A DNA stretch of 63,838 nt, counting the filler, from Perkinsus chesapeaki ATCC PRA-425 (Eukaryota; Protista; Perkinsozoa), in assembly GCA_013115145.1 (NCBI GenBank). It is 12 parts of 12 records of this genome, joined end to end, with 100 filler letters (N's around TTAATTAATTAA, not from the genome) between each part and the next. Parts side by side here need not be neighbours in the genome. Positions count along the whole stretch, not along the records: positions 46,132 to 49,197 come from JAAPAO010001468.1; positions 49,298 to 50,381 come from JAAPAO010002219.1; positions 50,482 to 52,343 come from JAAPAO010001751.1; positions 52,444 to 55,113 come from JAAPAO010001545.1; positions 55,214 to 56,255 come from JAAPAO010002261.1; positions 56,356 to 60,878 come from JAAPAO010001250.1; 6 more parts are not named here. One strand, 5' to 3'. Position 1 is the first letter of the stretch, and each line of letters begins with the position of its first letter. Under the pieces are notes generated by a model. That model did not search any database. It saw nothing but the letters and a program-made list of their open reading frames with translations, and was not told the DNA's origin. Made by a program: the position numbers and the translations under genes. Shown here in pieces: positions 46,132 to 56,780 of this stretch.

Positions 46132-48038
46132 ACTTCAACAGCTGTATTATCGACATGGAAATAGAGTCGGGGAAACTGTCGTCGACCACATAGTTCGAGT
46201 CGATGAACCGCTGAGAAAGCTCGATAGAGAACGAGGCCCTCCAGGCACACTATCGGCAGGCTTGATTCCCTCGTCGAGAAGATATGAACTCGTTGGATAA
46301 GGTCTTGACCGCTCTGGCGTATTATGTATCCACCGGCATGCCTCGCTGCGTCGGTGAAAATGTGGAGCGGCTCGTCGAAATCAAGTAACCTGGGAACTTT
46401 AAACTCATCAATGGGGGTTTCACTAACGAGCCCGTGCCAAGTTCTTATAAGCTCTATCAGGCGCTTGGGACATGAACTAGACCATGTAGCATGTTGTGCA
46501 GCTCGTTCTCGAGACACCAGTGCTTGTGCTGCGTGCTTCAGTGCCAAAGACCATGGTGGAATAGCCGGCGACTCAGAAAGTGAGCCCAAGGTACCAAGAA
46601 GATCCGCAAATGTAGCATTGTCTGAAGGACCTCTCAGCTTGAAGGAGTTCAACTTCTCTTCTGCTAAAGACAAGTAATCACCGTCTGAGATGTACTTCTG
46701 ACCCAGCAGTAAGGTATCGCCATGTAGGATATCTTGCCGCTTTGTCGCCTTCAAGTACAGGTCATAACCCTCACAGAGCCGCTGTAGTTGAGCTTCAGGT
46801 TCTACCACTGGCTTGTCCGAGAAGATCACAATATCGTCCATGTAGGACCACAGTTCATACCCACAATCGTCTATTTGAGCCTTATTGTGCTGAAGAAGCC
46901 ACTGTAAGCAGGTTTCCAATATCCGCGGACAGAAACTAGGGCCATAGGGTAGGCAGTGAAACTCTTCGATTGTTGGCGTCTCTGAGAATGGGGTAGTATT
47001 CACCGTAAATAGGTGCCAATTGCTTGGCAATAGCCACAGGTGCATGTAGGCGTCGGCCAAGTCGTTAACAACCGTATACTTGTAGCATCTCGTTTTATCT
47101 ACTAACATAGATATTAGGACCTGGGCGAAAGGGTCATTTCCAAAGGCAGCACGCAAGTGGCGGTTGAGATGGAGGAATGTGAATACTGGCCGGTATCTTC
47201 TTCCAGATCCTCCGGTTACATACCAACTTGTTGTAGAGGATTCCGTTCCGAGACATCCATGCTGTAGTCTGCCTTCTTCTCGCCAACGTCGGAAACTTCG
47301 TTCAGCTGCAGCTATCTCTTCTGCACCGGCGTTTCGTAAGTTCTTATGAAGCCGTAGGGATCCAAGCTGTTCCGCTCTGCTAGGTGGCTTTATCAGGGCT
47401 GGGTTGACGCCGACAAAGAACCGGCGCTGGCTGGAACCTCCAACTTCATCTCTCTTGGCTGTGACAATATGAAGCTTGTTATTGCTGAGCACTATCTCGT
47501 CCTGTAACCACCCAGAGGGGAGAGCACGCCAATCAGTATGAACAAGAGCTACACCATTAGGGGTCTCGCCTACCCTAGAAGTAGTTGACGTGACGTTCTG
47601 GAACCTTAGAGTAATATTGGCCTTAGTGAGAATGTCCCTACCAAGAATCATGGGAGTGATCATGGGCGAAGCGGCGACGTAGAACTTGCTGGTCAGTTCC
47701 GTACCAGCCAAGGTGAAATTGAGAACAGTGGAGCCGAGTGTATAGAGAGGACTCTTAGCTGCAGTCAGACAATTGAGAGTGTCAGAAACATCAACAGTCT
47801 GATTGGCCGGGAGCCTTGATAAGGTAGATCCGTCAATAATAGAAATAGACGAGCCAGTGTCGAGGAGGGCTTTCAACACTAACGTCGACCCGCAAGCGCT
47901 GACTGAGATGTCTACGATGCAAGAATCTGGGGTGTTAGTGTGGAGACCCTTCAGCCCTGGTTGAATAGTTACGGCAAGTAGAGAAGGCCTTGGTGATGAG
48001 GTAGCCGTATGTGCTTCATCATGGCCTTCTAGTTTCCC
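46132..48038 (-). mobile_element. LTR retrotransposon pol (protease-RT-RNase H), 3'-truncated by the spacer
   Basis: ALLDTGSS, VNDLADAY, LPYGPSFCP, SYMDD, IFTDAARHAGG..EG..VDN. The frame is open from the gag-terminal slippery site. Confidence 0.9.
47982..48038 (-). promoter_or_regulatory. -1 programmed ribosomal frameshift signal (G GGA AAC + downstream hairpin)
   Basis: gag ends caG GGA AAC tag. The -1 frame is stop-free into the protease. AGAAGGCC/GGCCTTCT and TGATGA/TCATCA stems follow. Confidence 0.75.
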
Positions 48039-48979
48039 TGCTGTTTCTCGCGAAGCTCAAGAGCTCTCTTCTTTGTTTGACATTGGTCTTCCGTGTGATT
48101 CCTCTTGACGCAGTACGTGCAGATCGCACCCATAGTTCGGGGATAGTCGTCACGGTAGAAGTTGCTTCTCGTAGGTGATCTTGACCGGCTTCGACCTTGA
48201 TCTCTTCTTTTCTTAAAACATTTTTCTTCTACATGGCCATTGCGCCCACAGTAGTCGCAGGATTGGGCAACTGCACGTATGGCATTGACGATCTCAGGTA
48301 ACCACGAAGGGGGCCGCTCGTCTTCTACAGTCGAAGGAGAACCATTGCTCGTTGTAGTCGTTGATACCGGCAGTGCAGAAGTAGCAGGACCAGAATGAAG
48401 AAATTCAGCATTGGCCATGATCTGGGCCGATACTTCTTGTTCGGTCTCTTCGGATAGGAACGGGTCGGATAGAATAAACTGCGCCTTCTGCACAGCATCC
48501 TGTAAGGACTTAGGGTTAGCGTTCCTGATCTTCCTTGCAAGCGAGAACGAATGCCCCTTTAGTCCACGAATGAAAGCGGTCAGTACCATAGGCTTCATCT
48601 GTTCATCAGTCATATCAGGATAAGCTCGCTTGGCCAGCCTCTTCAAGTCGTTCTGATAGGCTAGCAGTGATTCACCGGAGGGGTCGAAACAACGCCTATG
48701 CAATTTCTCACTGCATTGCATCTGTGTGGCTTGGTTCAGCTTCTTGGAGAGGTTAGCTACCATGTGCGCAAACGTGTCCTTCTCATTGTTGGCCAAGTCG
48801 TCATAGATTATCCAAGCATCACCATGTAGCAGGGGGGGTAGATGCTTGAGCTGTTCGGCGTCGTTCCAACCATTGGCCTGCGCACAAGTCTGAAACTTAC
48901 GCACCCACTGGTCGAAATCTAGCGTGCTCGTTAGCGGGTTGTAGTGTTCCGGGAGAGCGAAGTACAAGTTGGGGTCCAT
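48029..48979 (-). CDS. Retrotransposon Gag with two CCHC zinc knuckles
   Basis: FDQWVRKFQTCAQANGW..LLHGDAW capsid-like region; CDYCGRNGHVEEKC and CTYCVKRNHTEDQC. Confidence 0.9.
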   Translation of the reverse strand: MDPNLYFALPEHYNPLTSTLDFDQWVRKFQTCAQANGWNDAEQLKHLPPLLHGDAWIIYDDLANNEKDTFAHMVANLSKKLNQATQMQCSEKLHRRCFDPSGESLLAYQNDLKRLAKRAYPDMTDEQMKPMVLTAFIRGLKGHSFSLARKIRNANPKSLQDAVQKAQFILSDPFLSEETEQEVSAQIMANAEFLHSGPATSALPVSTTTTSNGSPSTVEDERPPSWLPEIVNAIRAVAQSCDYCGRNGHVEEKCFKKRRDQGRSRSRSPTRSNFYRDDYPRTMGAICTYCVKRNHTEDQCQTKKRALELREKQQGN

Positions 48980-49000
48980 GCTAACAAGGAGCTGCTACTC

Positions 49001-49181
49001 TGTAACAACCAAAAAGGGAACGGGAAAAATATAAACTGGAAAGAAGGCGCGAAAAGTAACAGATAGAGTAGGAGAGTAACAGTATCAGCGCTAAGCTAGA
49101 ACACAATCGTAGACACAACAATCATCTGTGTTAGTAGTCATACGACGCAATATCCCGGAGAGTATGTGAATTGTCGTAACA
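49001..49181 (-). repeat. Candidate 5' LTR (181 bp) of the 46132-48979 element
   Basis: Minus strand begins TGTTAC and ends GTTACA (TG..CA, 5/6 inverted match), 21 nt upstream of the gag ATG. No second copy or canonical PBS is visible. Confidence 0.4.
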
Positions 49182-49320
49182 ATAGTGAGGGTGTGCANNN
49201 NNNNNNNNNNNNNNNNNNNNNNNNNNNNNNNNNNNNNNNNNTTAATTAATTAANNNNNNNNNNNNNNNNNNNNNNNNNNNNNNNNNNNNNNNNNNNNCTA
49301 GACCAATTGGCTCCGCGATT

Positions 49321-50373
49321 GTGGCGGTCATAGAAAAAAGAGGGATGGATTCTCTAGAGATGATAGCATGCATATCAGCTGATGATTGGAAACCCTTACT
49401 CGAGTCAGAAAAGTCAATTATATCCACTCAGCTACAGCCAAGAGTTGCTGAGTCCACTGATAAGGCTGGTGAATCAGCTGACACAGAGAATTCAAGCGGT
49501 GCAACCGGCCCCGGTGAGACCGATGCAACCGGCTCTAGTGAGTCCAAAGAACCGGTACTCGATAGTGGCACTCTCACGCAGCTCAAATGCTATGGAGTTG
49601 CGCTGAGTGGTGAAGCCAAACGATGGCTAAAGATGTCGCACAAAGAGGCGGCAGAGGCAGAGGTCGAAAAGATCAAGGATAGTGACGATGACGCGATGTT
49701 AACGGCCCTCGTCACTGAGCTCACAGCCGAGCTAGGAAGTATCCCTGTTGAGGTTATCCCTCCGGCTAGGGTAGTGAAGCTCTTGAAGAAAGGACCTGCG
49801 TCTTATGTAGAGTTACGGCTGCTAACTGAGGCAGAAGCTAGTAACCCTCAAAAAAAGTTGAAAACCACCACTGCGGGCGTATTGGTGGAGGTCCTCGACG
49901 ACGAAGCAGATGCAGATCCGAAGAAAGCCGGTCAGCCTGGAAAGAACAGGCCCGAGATTTCGATTGGAGATTGGATGGTAGCCTTTCCAAAGTATATGAT
50001 TGCTTTGGCAATGTGCGATAAAGGCTGTCGCGCGAACTTTCCAGGTTTGATTAGGTATCAAACTGAAGTGGGCCGCCTGATTACGAAGGCACACTGGAGA
50101 ATTGTGGCTAATATAGAAAAGCGATTCAGGAGAGATCGCGTCAGAGCACTGGTTGCAACTGGAGTAGATCTCTGGAAATGCTATGCTGATCCCGCTTATA
50201 GTGGTCCCTTCTTCACACAAGCGTTGGCAGAAGAAGTGTTCTCAGATAGGATCAGATTTAGAGGCGGCGAAGAAAGTCGCTCCAGGAAAGGCGGTAAAGG
50301 AAAAGGGAAAGGAAAAGGCGGCAAGAGTTTCGGCAAGACGACCGAATCGGCTGACAATAAGAAATCTCATTAA
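49321..50373 (+). CDS. Gag-like ORF1 of a DIRS/Ngaro (tyrosine-recombinase) retrotransposon
   Basis: ISIGDWMVAFPKYMIAL...GLIRYQTEVGRL...HWRIVANIEKRFRR resembles the W..AF..Y ... Y...I..L ... W..V..YD..FR pattern of DIRS-type gags; basic KGGKGKG tail. No RT or recombinase in this contig. Confidence 0.6.
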   Translation: MAVIEKRGMDSLEMIACISADDWKPLLESEKSIISTQLQPRVAESTDKAGESADTENSSGATGPGETDATGSSESKEPVLDSGTLTQLKCYGVALSGEAKRWLKMSHKEAAEAEVEKIKDSDDDAMLTALVTELTAELGSIPVEVIPPARVVKLLKKGPASYVELRLLTEAEASNPQKKLKTTTAGVLVEVLDDEADADPKKAGQPGKNRPEISIGDWMVAFPKYMIALAMCDKGCRANFPGLIRYQTEVGRLITKAHWRIVANIEKRFRRDRVRALVATGVDLWKCYADPAYSGPFFTQALAEEVFSDRIRFRGGEESRSRKGGKGKGKGKGGKSFGKTTESADNKKSH

Positions 50374-50481
50374 TTTTACTGNNNNNNNNNNNNNNNNNNN
50401 NNNNNNNNNNNNNNNNNNNNNNNNNTTAATTAATTAANNNNNNNNNNNNNNNNNNNNNNNNNNNNNNNNNNNNNNNNNNNN

Positions 50482-52207
50482 GCTGTCTTACCATATAAAT
50501 CGATTAGAGCTTCTTGCATTTGCTCGCTTTATTTTGTGGTTAGCAGATGTTCTTGGTTCACATCCGCCCTCTAATCTTGTCAAGGTTGCTTTATCGTGTG
50601 ATAGTAAGATTGCTTTAACTTGGGTCCGTAATGGTAAAGCATCTTCCAAAAGTATGGAAAGAGTTGCCGTTAAGCGCATGATCAATAACATCAACGAGTT
50701 GTTATGCTCTATATCTGATTTGGGTATTCAGGTAATGTTCAGGAAAGTATCTGGTAAGAGCAATGTTGAAGCTGATCACCTCTCTCGTCTTGCCCAAGAT
50801 TGGAAGATTGAAGATATAGTTACCAACAAGTCGACAAGTTCGGTAGAACGACCTGCTGCTGAAGGTCATGCAGCACACTACGTTAATAGTGTTAATCCTG
50901 TTGGTGATCAACAATTGTGTCAAACCGAAGACTCTGCTTTGGTTAAGGACGACGACAACTTTCCGGTTTGTGATGATCTAAGGAATCGAATCCAAGATGC
51001 TCAGAAGGTCTCACCGTCACTATCTCCAATACTTGACTCTGTTCAAGGAACAATCAAATCAAGTAGTACGACCTCCACCAAGTATCAGCTATATCGTATA
51101 TGTAACGGTATGTTGAATCAGTTGAAGTATCCTCATGGTGATCCTTTAAGTTCCCCAAGACTGGTTGTCTGTGTGCCAACGGATACTCTGGATGGTGCGA
51201 AAGTAGCAGATGAATTGATTGAATCGTATCATGTTAATAATGGCCATATATGTCCTCGCTTTGTAAGATGGCGTATTTCTAGACATTTTATGCTCCCAGA
51301 TATTACTCATAGGACGAAGGTTATATGCCGTAGGTGTGCAACGTGTCAGGCTTCTGCAACGCGACGAGTGTTTACTGAATATGGTGGTCATTTGGATGCT
51401 TCTGCAAAAGGTGTTTGGCGTCATATAAGTACTGATCTGGCTGGTCCCTTACCGTTAAGTAAACCCCATCGTTATGCTTATGCTATGATAGTTATAGATG
51501 ATTTTTCGAAGTTCGTATTTTGGAGAGGACTGAAGACTTGTACAAGTGCTGAGACAACTAGTTCATTGGTTAATCTCTTTGAAGAAGTTGGTATACCGCG
51601 CCAGTTAAGATGTGATAATGGTCCTTCTTATCGTTCCCGACTTTTTCGTAATGCTATGGAAAAACTTGGTGTGGTGGTATCACCGGTAAATCCTTTTGCT
51701 CCATGGAGTAACGGATTGGCAGAGCGAGGTGTTTCGTCTCTGAAGTCTCTTTTTAGAAGAATGTTAGCTGACGGTAACAAGTCCAGTAATTGGGAACATT
51801 TGCTTGCTAAAGCTACTCGAAAGTCAAATACTAAGTTGCTATCTAGTGGTACGTCTCCTTTCCAGTTGTTTTATGGTCGAGAGTTCTTTGACGAGCCAGC
51901 TATGAAGTTAAGGATTGATAATGACCCTTATCAGTTGGATTCTTATAAAGTTGATGATGCTCGAGCTGAGATTCGTGATATATATACTAAAGTGCTAGAA
52001 GATCGAGAGTATGTTCCACGTCCGCGACGTCGACCCGCAGTTGGTAGCACTGTACAGATATATCGTGAAGATAAAGTGGGTAAATCCCACTATGGAGACA
52101 CCAAGTACAACGTTGTGAACTATGATGGGATGACTGCAACTTTAAGACCCATTGATGGTGGAGATGAGAAGTTCGAGCATTCCCGCAATCTACGAGTTTG
52201 CTATTAA
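50482..52207 (+). mobile_element. LTR retrotransposon pol 3' part: RNase H end and integrase
   Basis: SCDSKIALTWV, GKSNVEADHLSR, HHCC finger (HVNNGH..CRRCATC), STDLAGP, RCDNGPSY, NGLAERGV (D,D35E). Confidence 0.92.
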
Positions 52208-52258
52208 TTATCATTTATACTTTTATTTTCTGTATTTTGTATCCTAGTGAGCAGCTGA

Positions 52259-52343
52259 CAGGGGGGCATGTTGTGTGAATTGTGTCATCTTGTCGCTTTT
52301 GTGTGCTAAGCTCTGTCTCCCTAGCTCACGCTACTCAATAAAT
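52259..52343 (+). repeat. Polypurine tract and start of the 3' LTR
   Basis: AGGGGGG followed 2 nt later by TGTTGTG (52269), then AATAAA just before the spacer. Confidence 0.7.
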
Positions 52344-52859
52344 NNNNNNNNNNNNNNNNNNNNNNNNNNNNNNNNNNNNNNNNNNNNTTAATTAATTAAN
52401 NNNNNNNNNNNNNNNNNNNNNNNNNNNNNNNNNNNNNNNNNNNGCTATTTTTCATATTCCGTCTCACAAGCTCCTTCTGACCTTGTGTTCTACGTATGAG
52501 TAAGAATACTGCAACAACATGGATCGCCTAACGCCGGGTAAAACCTCACTACACTCCTGACCACTTTAATTGACTACAAACGGCTTTACCAGACTAGATA
52601 AGTGTATATTGGTTTTACGTCTGAGTGGCGTGGGAAACGTTACACCGGTGCCGAGATGCCCAAGTCTGTGTGAGTCATATGGAGTAACCCACTACTGCAC
52701 ACAAGCAAGGGCGAAACAGGGCAGCTAATCGGCTATGGCAGAGAACTGCAAACAGTCACTGAACTAAACCAGCTTGACTGGTCGACAGTGTAAAGTTAGC
52801 AGTTTCAGGCACACTCCAACGTAAAAACAGAAAAAAATATCAAAGATGTTCACATATGT

Positions 52860-52980
52860 AAAAAGTTGGCGTTCGGCCTTCGGCCGAACTTTCCCGAATC
52901 TTGGCCAAGAACTCATCGGGGATCGAACCCACGACCTTTTGATCTGTAGATGACCTGTTTAACCAACTGCACTAACGCGC
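52860..52980 (-). ncRNA. tRNA-derived Pol III-type unit (pseudo-tRNA or SINE head) with 3' hairpins and T-run
   Basis: A-box-like TAGTGCAGTTGG, B box GGTTCGATCCC, non-pairing acceptor stem, then TCTTGGCCAAGA palindrome, GTTCGGCC-GAA-GGCCGAAC hairpin and TTTTT. Confidence 0.55.
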
Positions 52981-53168
52981 ATCTTCAGATTTGACTCTCT
53001 TTGTCGGATTATGCTTGAAAACGTTGTACCAAACAGCATGCGCTTCACTCCGCATATCTCACTCAATCGGATAATCAACATTTGGGTGATTCCAAGGTTA
53101 TTTATTCTATCTATTATCTCATACCAGGTTTCTAATAGACCCAGCATGTTCTGTGGATGTAACGAGCG

Positions 53169-53411
53169 TGGACGAATTGCTATTGGACGAAAAGATCATG
53201 TACGAAACGCGCATTGTCAGCATATCTTTGCATGAAACAAGCATGAACGAAGCAATCGTGGACGAAACCCTACATGGACGAAACAAATGTGTATGGAACG
53301 AGCACAATCACATTGGACGAAACGATCCTGGATAAACTGCGATTTGGGCGAAACAATCTTGGACGGAACATGCCATGGACGAAACAATAATGGACGAATC
53401 GCGGTACACCC
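53169..53411 (-). repeat. 15-16-bp periodic array of TGGACGAA, probable subterminal repeat of a DNA-transposon end
   Basis: Motif or variant at 53169, 184, 199, 229, 244, 259, 275, 294, 314, 329, 345, 360, 376 and 391, ending in CGCGGTACACCC. Confidence 0.75.
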
Positions 53412-53466
53412 AGCATAGGACCGGCTCGGGATCATCTCGAGTAAGATCACTCCATACAGTGTTGAA

Positions 53467-54874
53467 TCAACACTGTTGATGGTGCTGAGGCGGGCAAAGG
53501 TGTAGCGAACCACGTTCCTTCGGCCGATAGTCCTTCTTAAGATCTCCTGGATCCAGGCTGCGCCAGAGCGGCGATCGTCCGTACCTTGATAGTGGTTCTT
53601 GATACCGATAGATCTTATAACGGCACATAGTGTGCTTACAACCAGGACAGCGATCATAAGCAGTGTTGTCAAATAGATTAGGGGGTCGATACAATCTACC
53701 AGATGTAACACCAGGTAGAGACCGTAGATTAGGGTATGGTCTAAATCGGCCATAACCAGTGGCAGAGGATGAGCTAGAAGATGATGAACGTGATCGGTGG
53801 CTTGTCCGTCTACGGCGAGGAGCGCGTCGAGAACGATGCGAATCTCGTCCAGTATCAGATGAACTTGATGAGTCAGAGGGAGAGCCAGATGGATCACGTC
53901 GTTTTCTTCTAGTTATAGTATTGTCTCTGCGGGGTGGTTGATCACAACCGCGTTGACGTTGAACATGATCTTCACGATGATTAGAACCAGGCTTTGTAGA
54001 TGATGAAACAGAAATAACTTCCCTAGATATATTAGTTTCTATTAGAAACTTTGTAATTGTTGTCCTACTGGGGGACGATACTCAACATTAACGGCTTTGA
54101 TGGGGATGTTGTCCACAGCACGGGTAGATTGTTGAGCTCGTTGGGGATGTTGCATCTGTTGAGTGGTAGATGTCACCACGTTGGTTTTGATAATCGTATC
54201 ATTAGGAGGGTACTGTTGATAGTGTTGATAATCTTGATTAGGACTGGTGTTGTGCTCGATGTGCAGAAAGGTGGGATCACTCACGGACTTCTCGATGATA
54301 CGGGGATGACTTAGGAAGACTCGTCGTAGATGTTCGTCACATAGAATGATGGAGAGTAGTTCTCTATCTCTTATGATGGTTTCCAAATACACGTCGTTGT
54401 ATAGGATGTTATCACTAGCTCGCAAGCTGGATAGGATACTCTGCCCAGACGATGTTCTTGACAGTCCGATGAAGTCATTTGGGGTCGTATTGGATGTTGT
54501 CGAACTTCTTGTGATCCAGTTGGTCTCGTAGAGAGAGGATACCTGGGACGATCGTTGGAACCATCTATGATCATTCGATCCTTTTGAGTTGCAGGGCGTA
54601 CCACTGCACTGGGATGTACTAGATTCTTGGGTTCTCTAGATGTCGAGGGCCTTATAGGGATCGGTCTGGATGGGTGCACAAATCCACGATAGAGGGTGTA
54701 CGTTCCTAACCTACTCTGAAATTCAGAATATTGCGCGATTTTGTGCCAAAAATAGGGCAGGGAGACTTTTTGGGGGTTAGGCCAGCGCAACCAGGTTTTC
54801 ATAATAATATGGTTATGGGAGTATCCAGCCGAAATTTCAGTCCAAAACTCGCTGTAGTTAAGGACTTCTCGCAC
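53467..54874 (-). CDS. Possible hypothetical gene(s) with R/S-rich and Q/P-rich low-complexity segments
   Basis: Overlapping minus-strand ORFs 54371-54874, 54042-54425 and 53467-53694. The exon structure cannot be resolved. Confidence 0.3.
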
Positions 54875-55213
54875 TGAACAGTTTCGACCTCTCTAGATTG
54901 CGCGTACTGTACTGTACAGCGCCCACAGAAATATAGCTAATCGCTTTCCTGCAATGTGCACGAACCCTAATGAGGAAACAGCTGTCACATAAAGCGCGTG
55001 TCTGGCAAAAGCGCTCGCCCTGAAAATCGATTTCTATCTGTGTTAGAAGCCAATTGGGACTCCATATATCCCACTTGCTCTCTTACCCGCACTTGCATGT
55101 CTCTCAGTATTATNNNNNNNNNNNNNNNNNNNNNNNNNNNNNNNNNNNNNNNNNNNNTTAATTAATTAANNNNNNNNNNNNNNNNNNNNNNNNNNNNNNN
55201 NNNNNNNNNNNNN

Positions 55214-56119
55214 ACGGAGATCATGCCATTTTTGGCGCAAACGAGATGCTTCAGACGGATCCAGATACAACGTCAAAAGAGCGGAACGCAACGCACGATA
55301 TCGCCCTTTGAAATGGGCGAAAATGTCCCCTTCAACATCATAATCTTTCTTGGGACCTAGGCGAGCATCTACTCTATTACGAACCTTCTCACTAAGGCTA
55401 TACAACAATAGAAAGTAACACGTAGGTGATCCACTGGAGATGGCACAGTAATCCAATGCACGATCGAAAGAGCTCAAATGAGCACGAATAGATGCGTGAC
55501 TCGTGTGATCAGGGGATATCGCCTTTCCATCATAGATACCCAGCTTCACCACAGCAAGTTCCTGGCGGGCTTCCTTGCGGGCTTCCTGAACTAGGCGGCG
55601 ATTCGAGCCTCCTTGAGACTGATTTCGAGAGACCGAGTTTATCAGATTGTCGTCGTCCTCAGTGTTGTCCTCACGACTCAACCGTGCATCATCATGGGGC
55701 TTGGATTCATCGCACACAAGCTCCCTCGGCTCATTGGAAGGACCAACAGATAAGGCGTTCACCCGTACAGCCAAGGCAGACACCTGGGAAGCCAAATGAC
55801 CAAGAGAATTCTCGATAACTGCTTGAAGACCAGACACACATTGGGCATCCTCCAGTTTGGACTCCTCCTTGTGGCCCTCGGCCACCATCACCGTCGTCCT
55901 CAAAGGAAGAGAATGCGCCCTACTGGCAGCAACATCAGCAGCAGTTCTGAAAGGAACCCTTGCCCCCTCCCTCACTGGAAGAGAGTTTTCAGGAATACCA
56001 AGGGAGTGGAAGTCCCCAGAGTCATCACTTAATTCGTCCTTGTTAGCCTTCTCCACAAGGGCCTCACGACGGACACGACGTTCCCCACGAGCAGAGGTCG
56101 TTGAACTAGCCGATTTCAT
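55214..56119 (-). mobile_element. Retrotransposon Gag-like ORF, 3'-truncated
   Basis: Disordered N-terminus, then KLGIYDG..HLSSFDRAL..LLYSL..LRQKWHDL capsid-like helices. Intronless, at the contig edge. Confidence 0.55.
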
Positions 56120-56780
56120 GGATTCTCGGATGATTGTTTGTGCTTGTGCAAAGCCAACTTCAATAATAACTCAAGTAGATCTGGTTTGGGAGAACGGTTT
56201 CCGCTACGATTAACAGTGATGCCCGAATCAACGGTAAATCACAATAACAACAACTNNNNNNNNNNNNNNNNNNNNNNNNNNNNNNNNNNNNNNNNNNNNT
56301 TAATTAATTAANNNNNNNNNNNNNNNNNNNNNNNNNNNNNNNNNNNNNNNNNNNNCCATCTCAGTCAGCTTCTTCTTGGCTCGAGGGGTGAAATTTAGAC
56401 CATCTGTTGTAGTCAGCCTAACAAGTAGCTTAGGCTCCACAGCAACTATGACTGGCTTAGTTGAGGTGTAGCGTCTTGTGGCTCTAAACCGAGTCTTCCC
56501 AGTGACAACTCTAATACTTCGGGGATGTTTTGGTTACTCGATAGGAAATGGGAGAAATAAAGACTAATGCGAGCACAGGTATCAGGCACAGCGCCCTACA
56601 ACTACCCGAACTATGAATGATTACGGAGTGTTCTTATACACGCAAGCGCATCGCCTAAGCTTAGCGCAGGGCGGCCATGGAGCGCCGCATCGCGCCTGTG
56701 GGCGAAAGGCCTTACTCGCGGAAAACGGGGTCTCGAATGCACGAGCCATCAACAAACAAATAACAACAAAAGAAGGACCA

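Noticed and set aside
53169-53411. Periodic arrays (here and 39387-39878) as CRISPR arrays
   Set aside because: Eukaryotic context, no cas genes, an 8-bp core with 7-8-nt linkers or pure tandem units, and no unique 25-45-nt spacers.
54740-54810. TWLRWPNPQKVSLPYFWHK as a WW domain
   Set aside because: The terminal W-x-x-P is missing and the gene model is unresolved.
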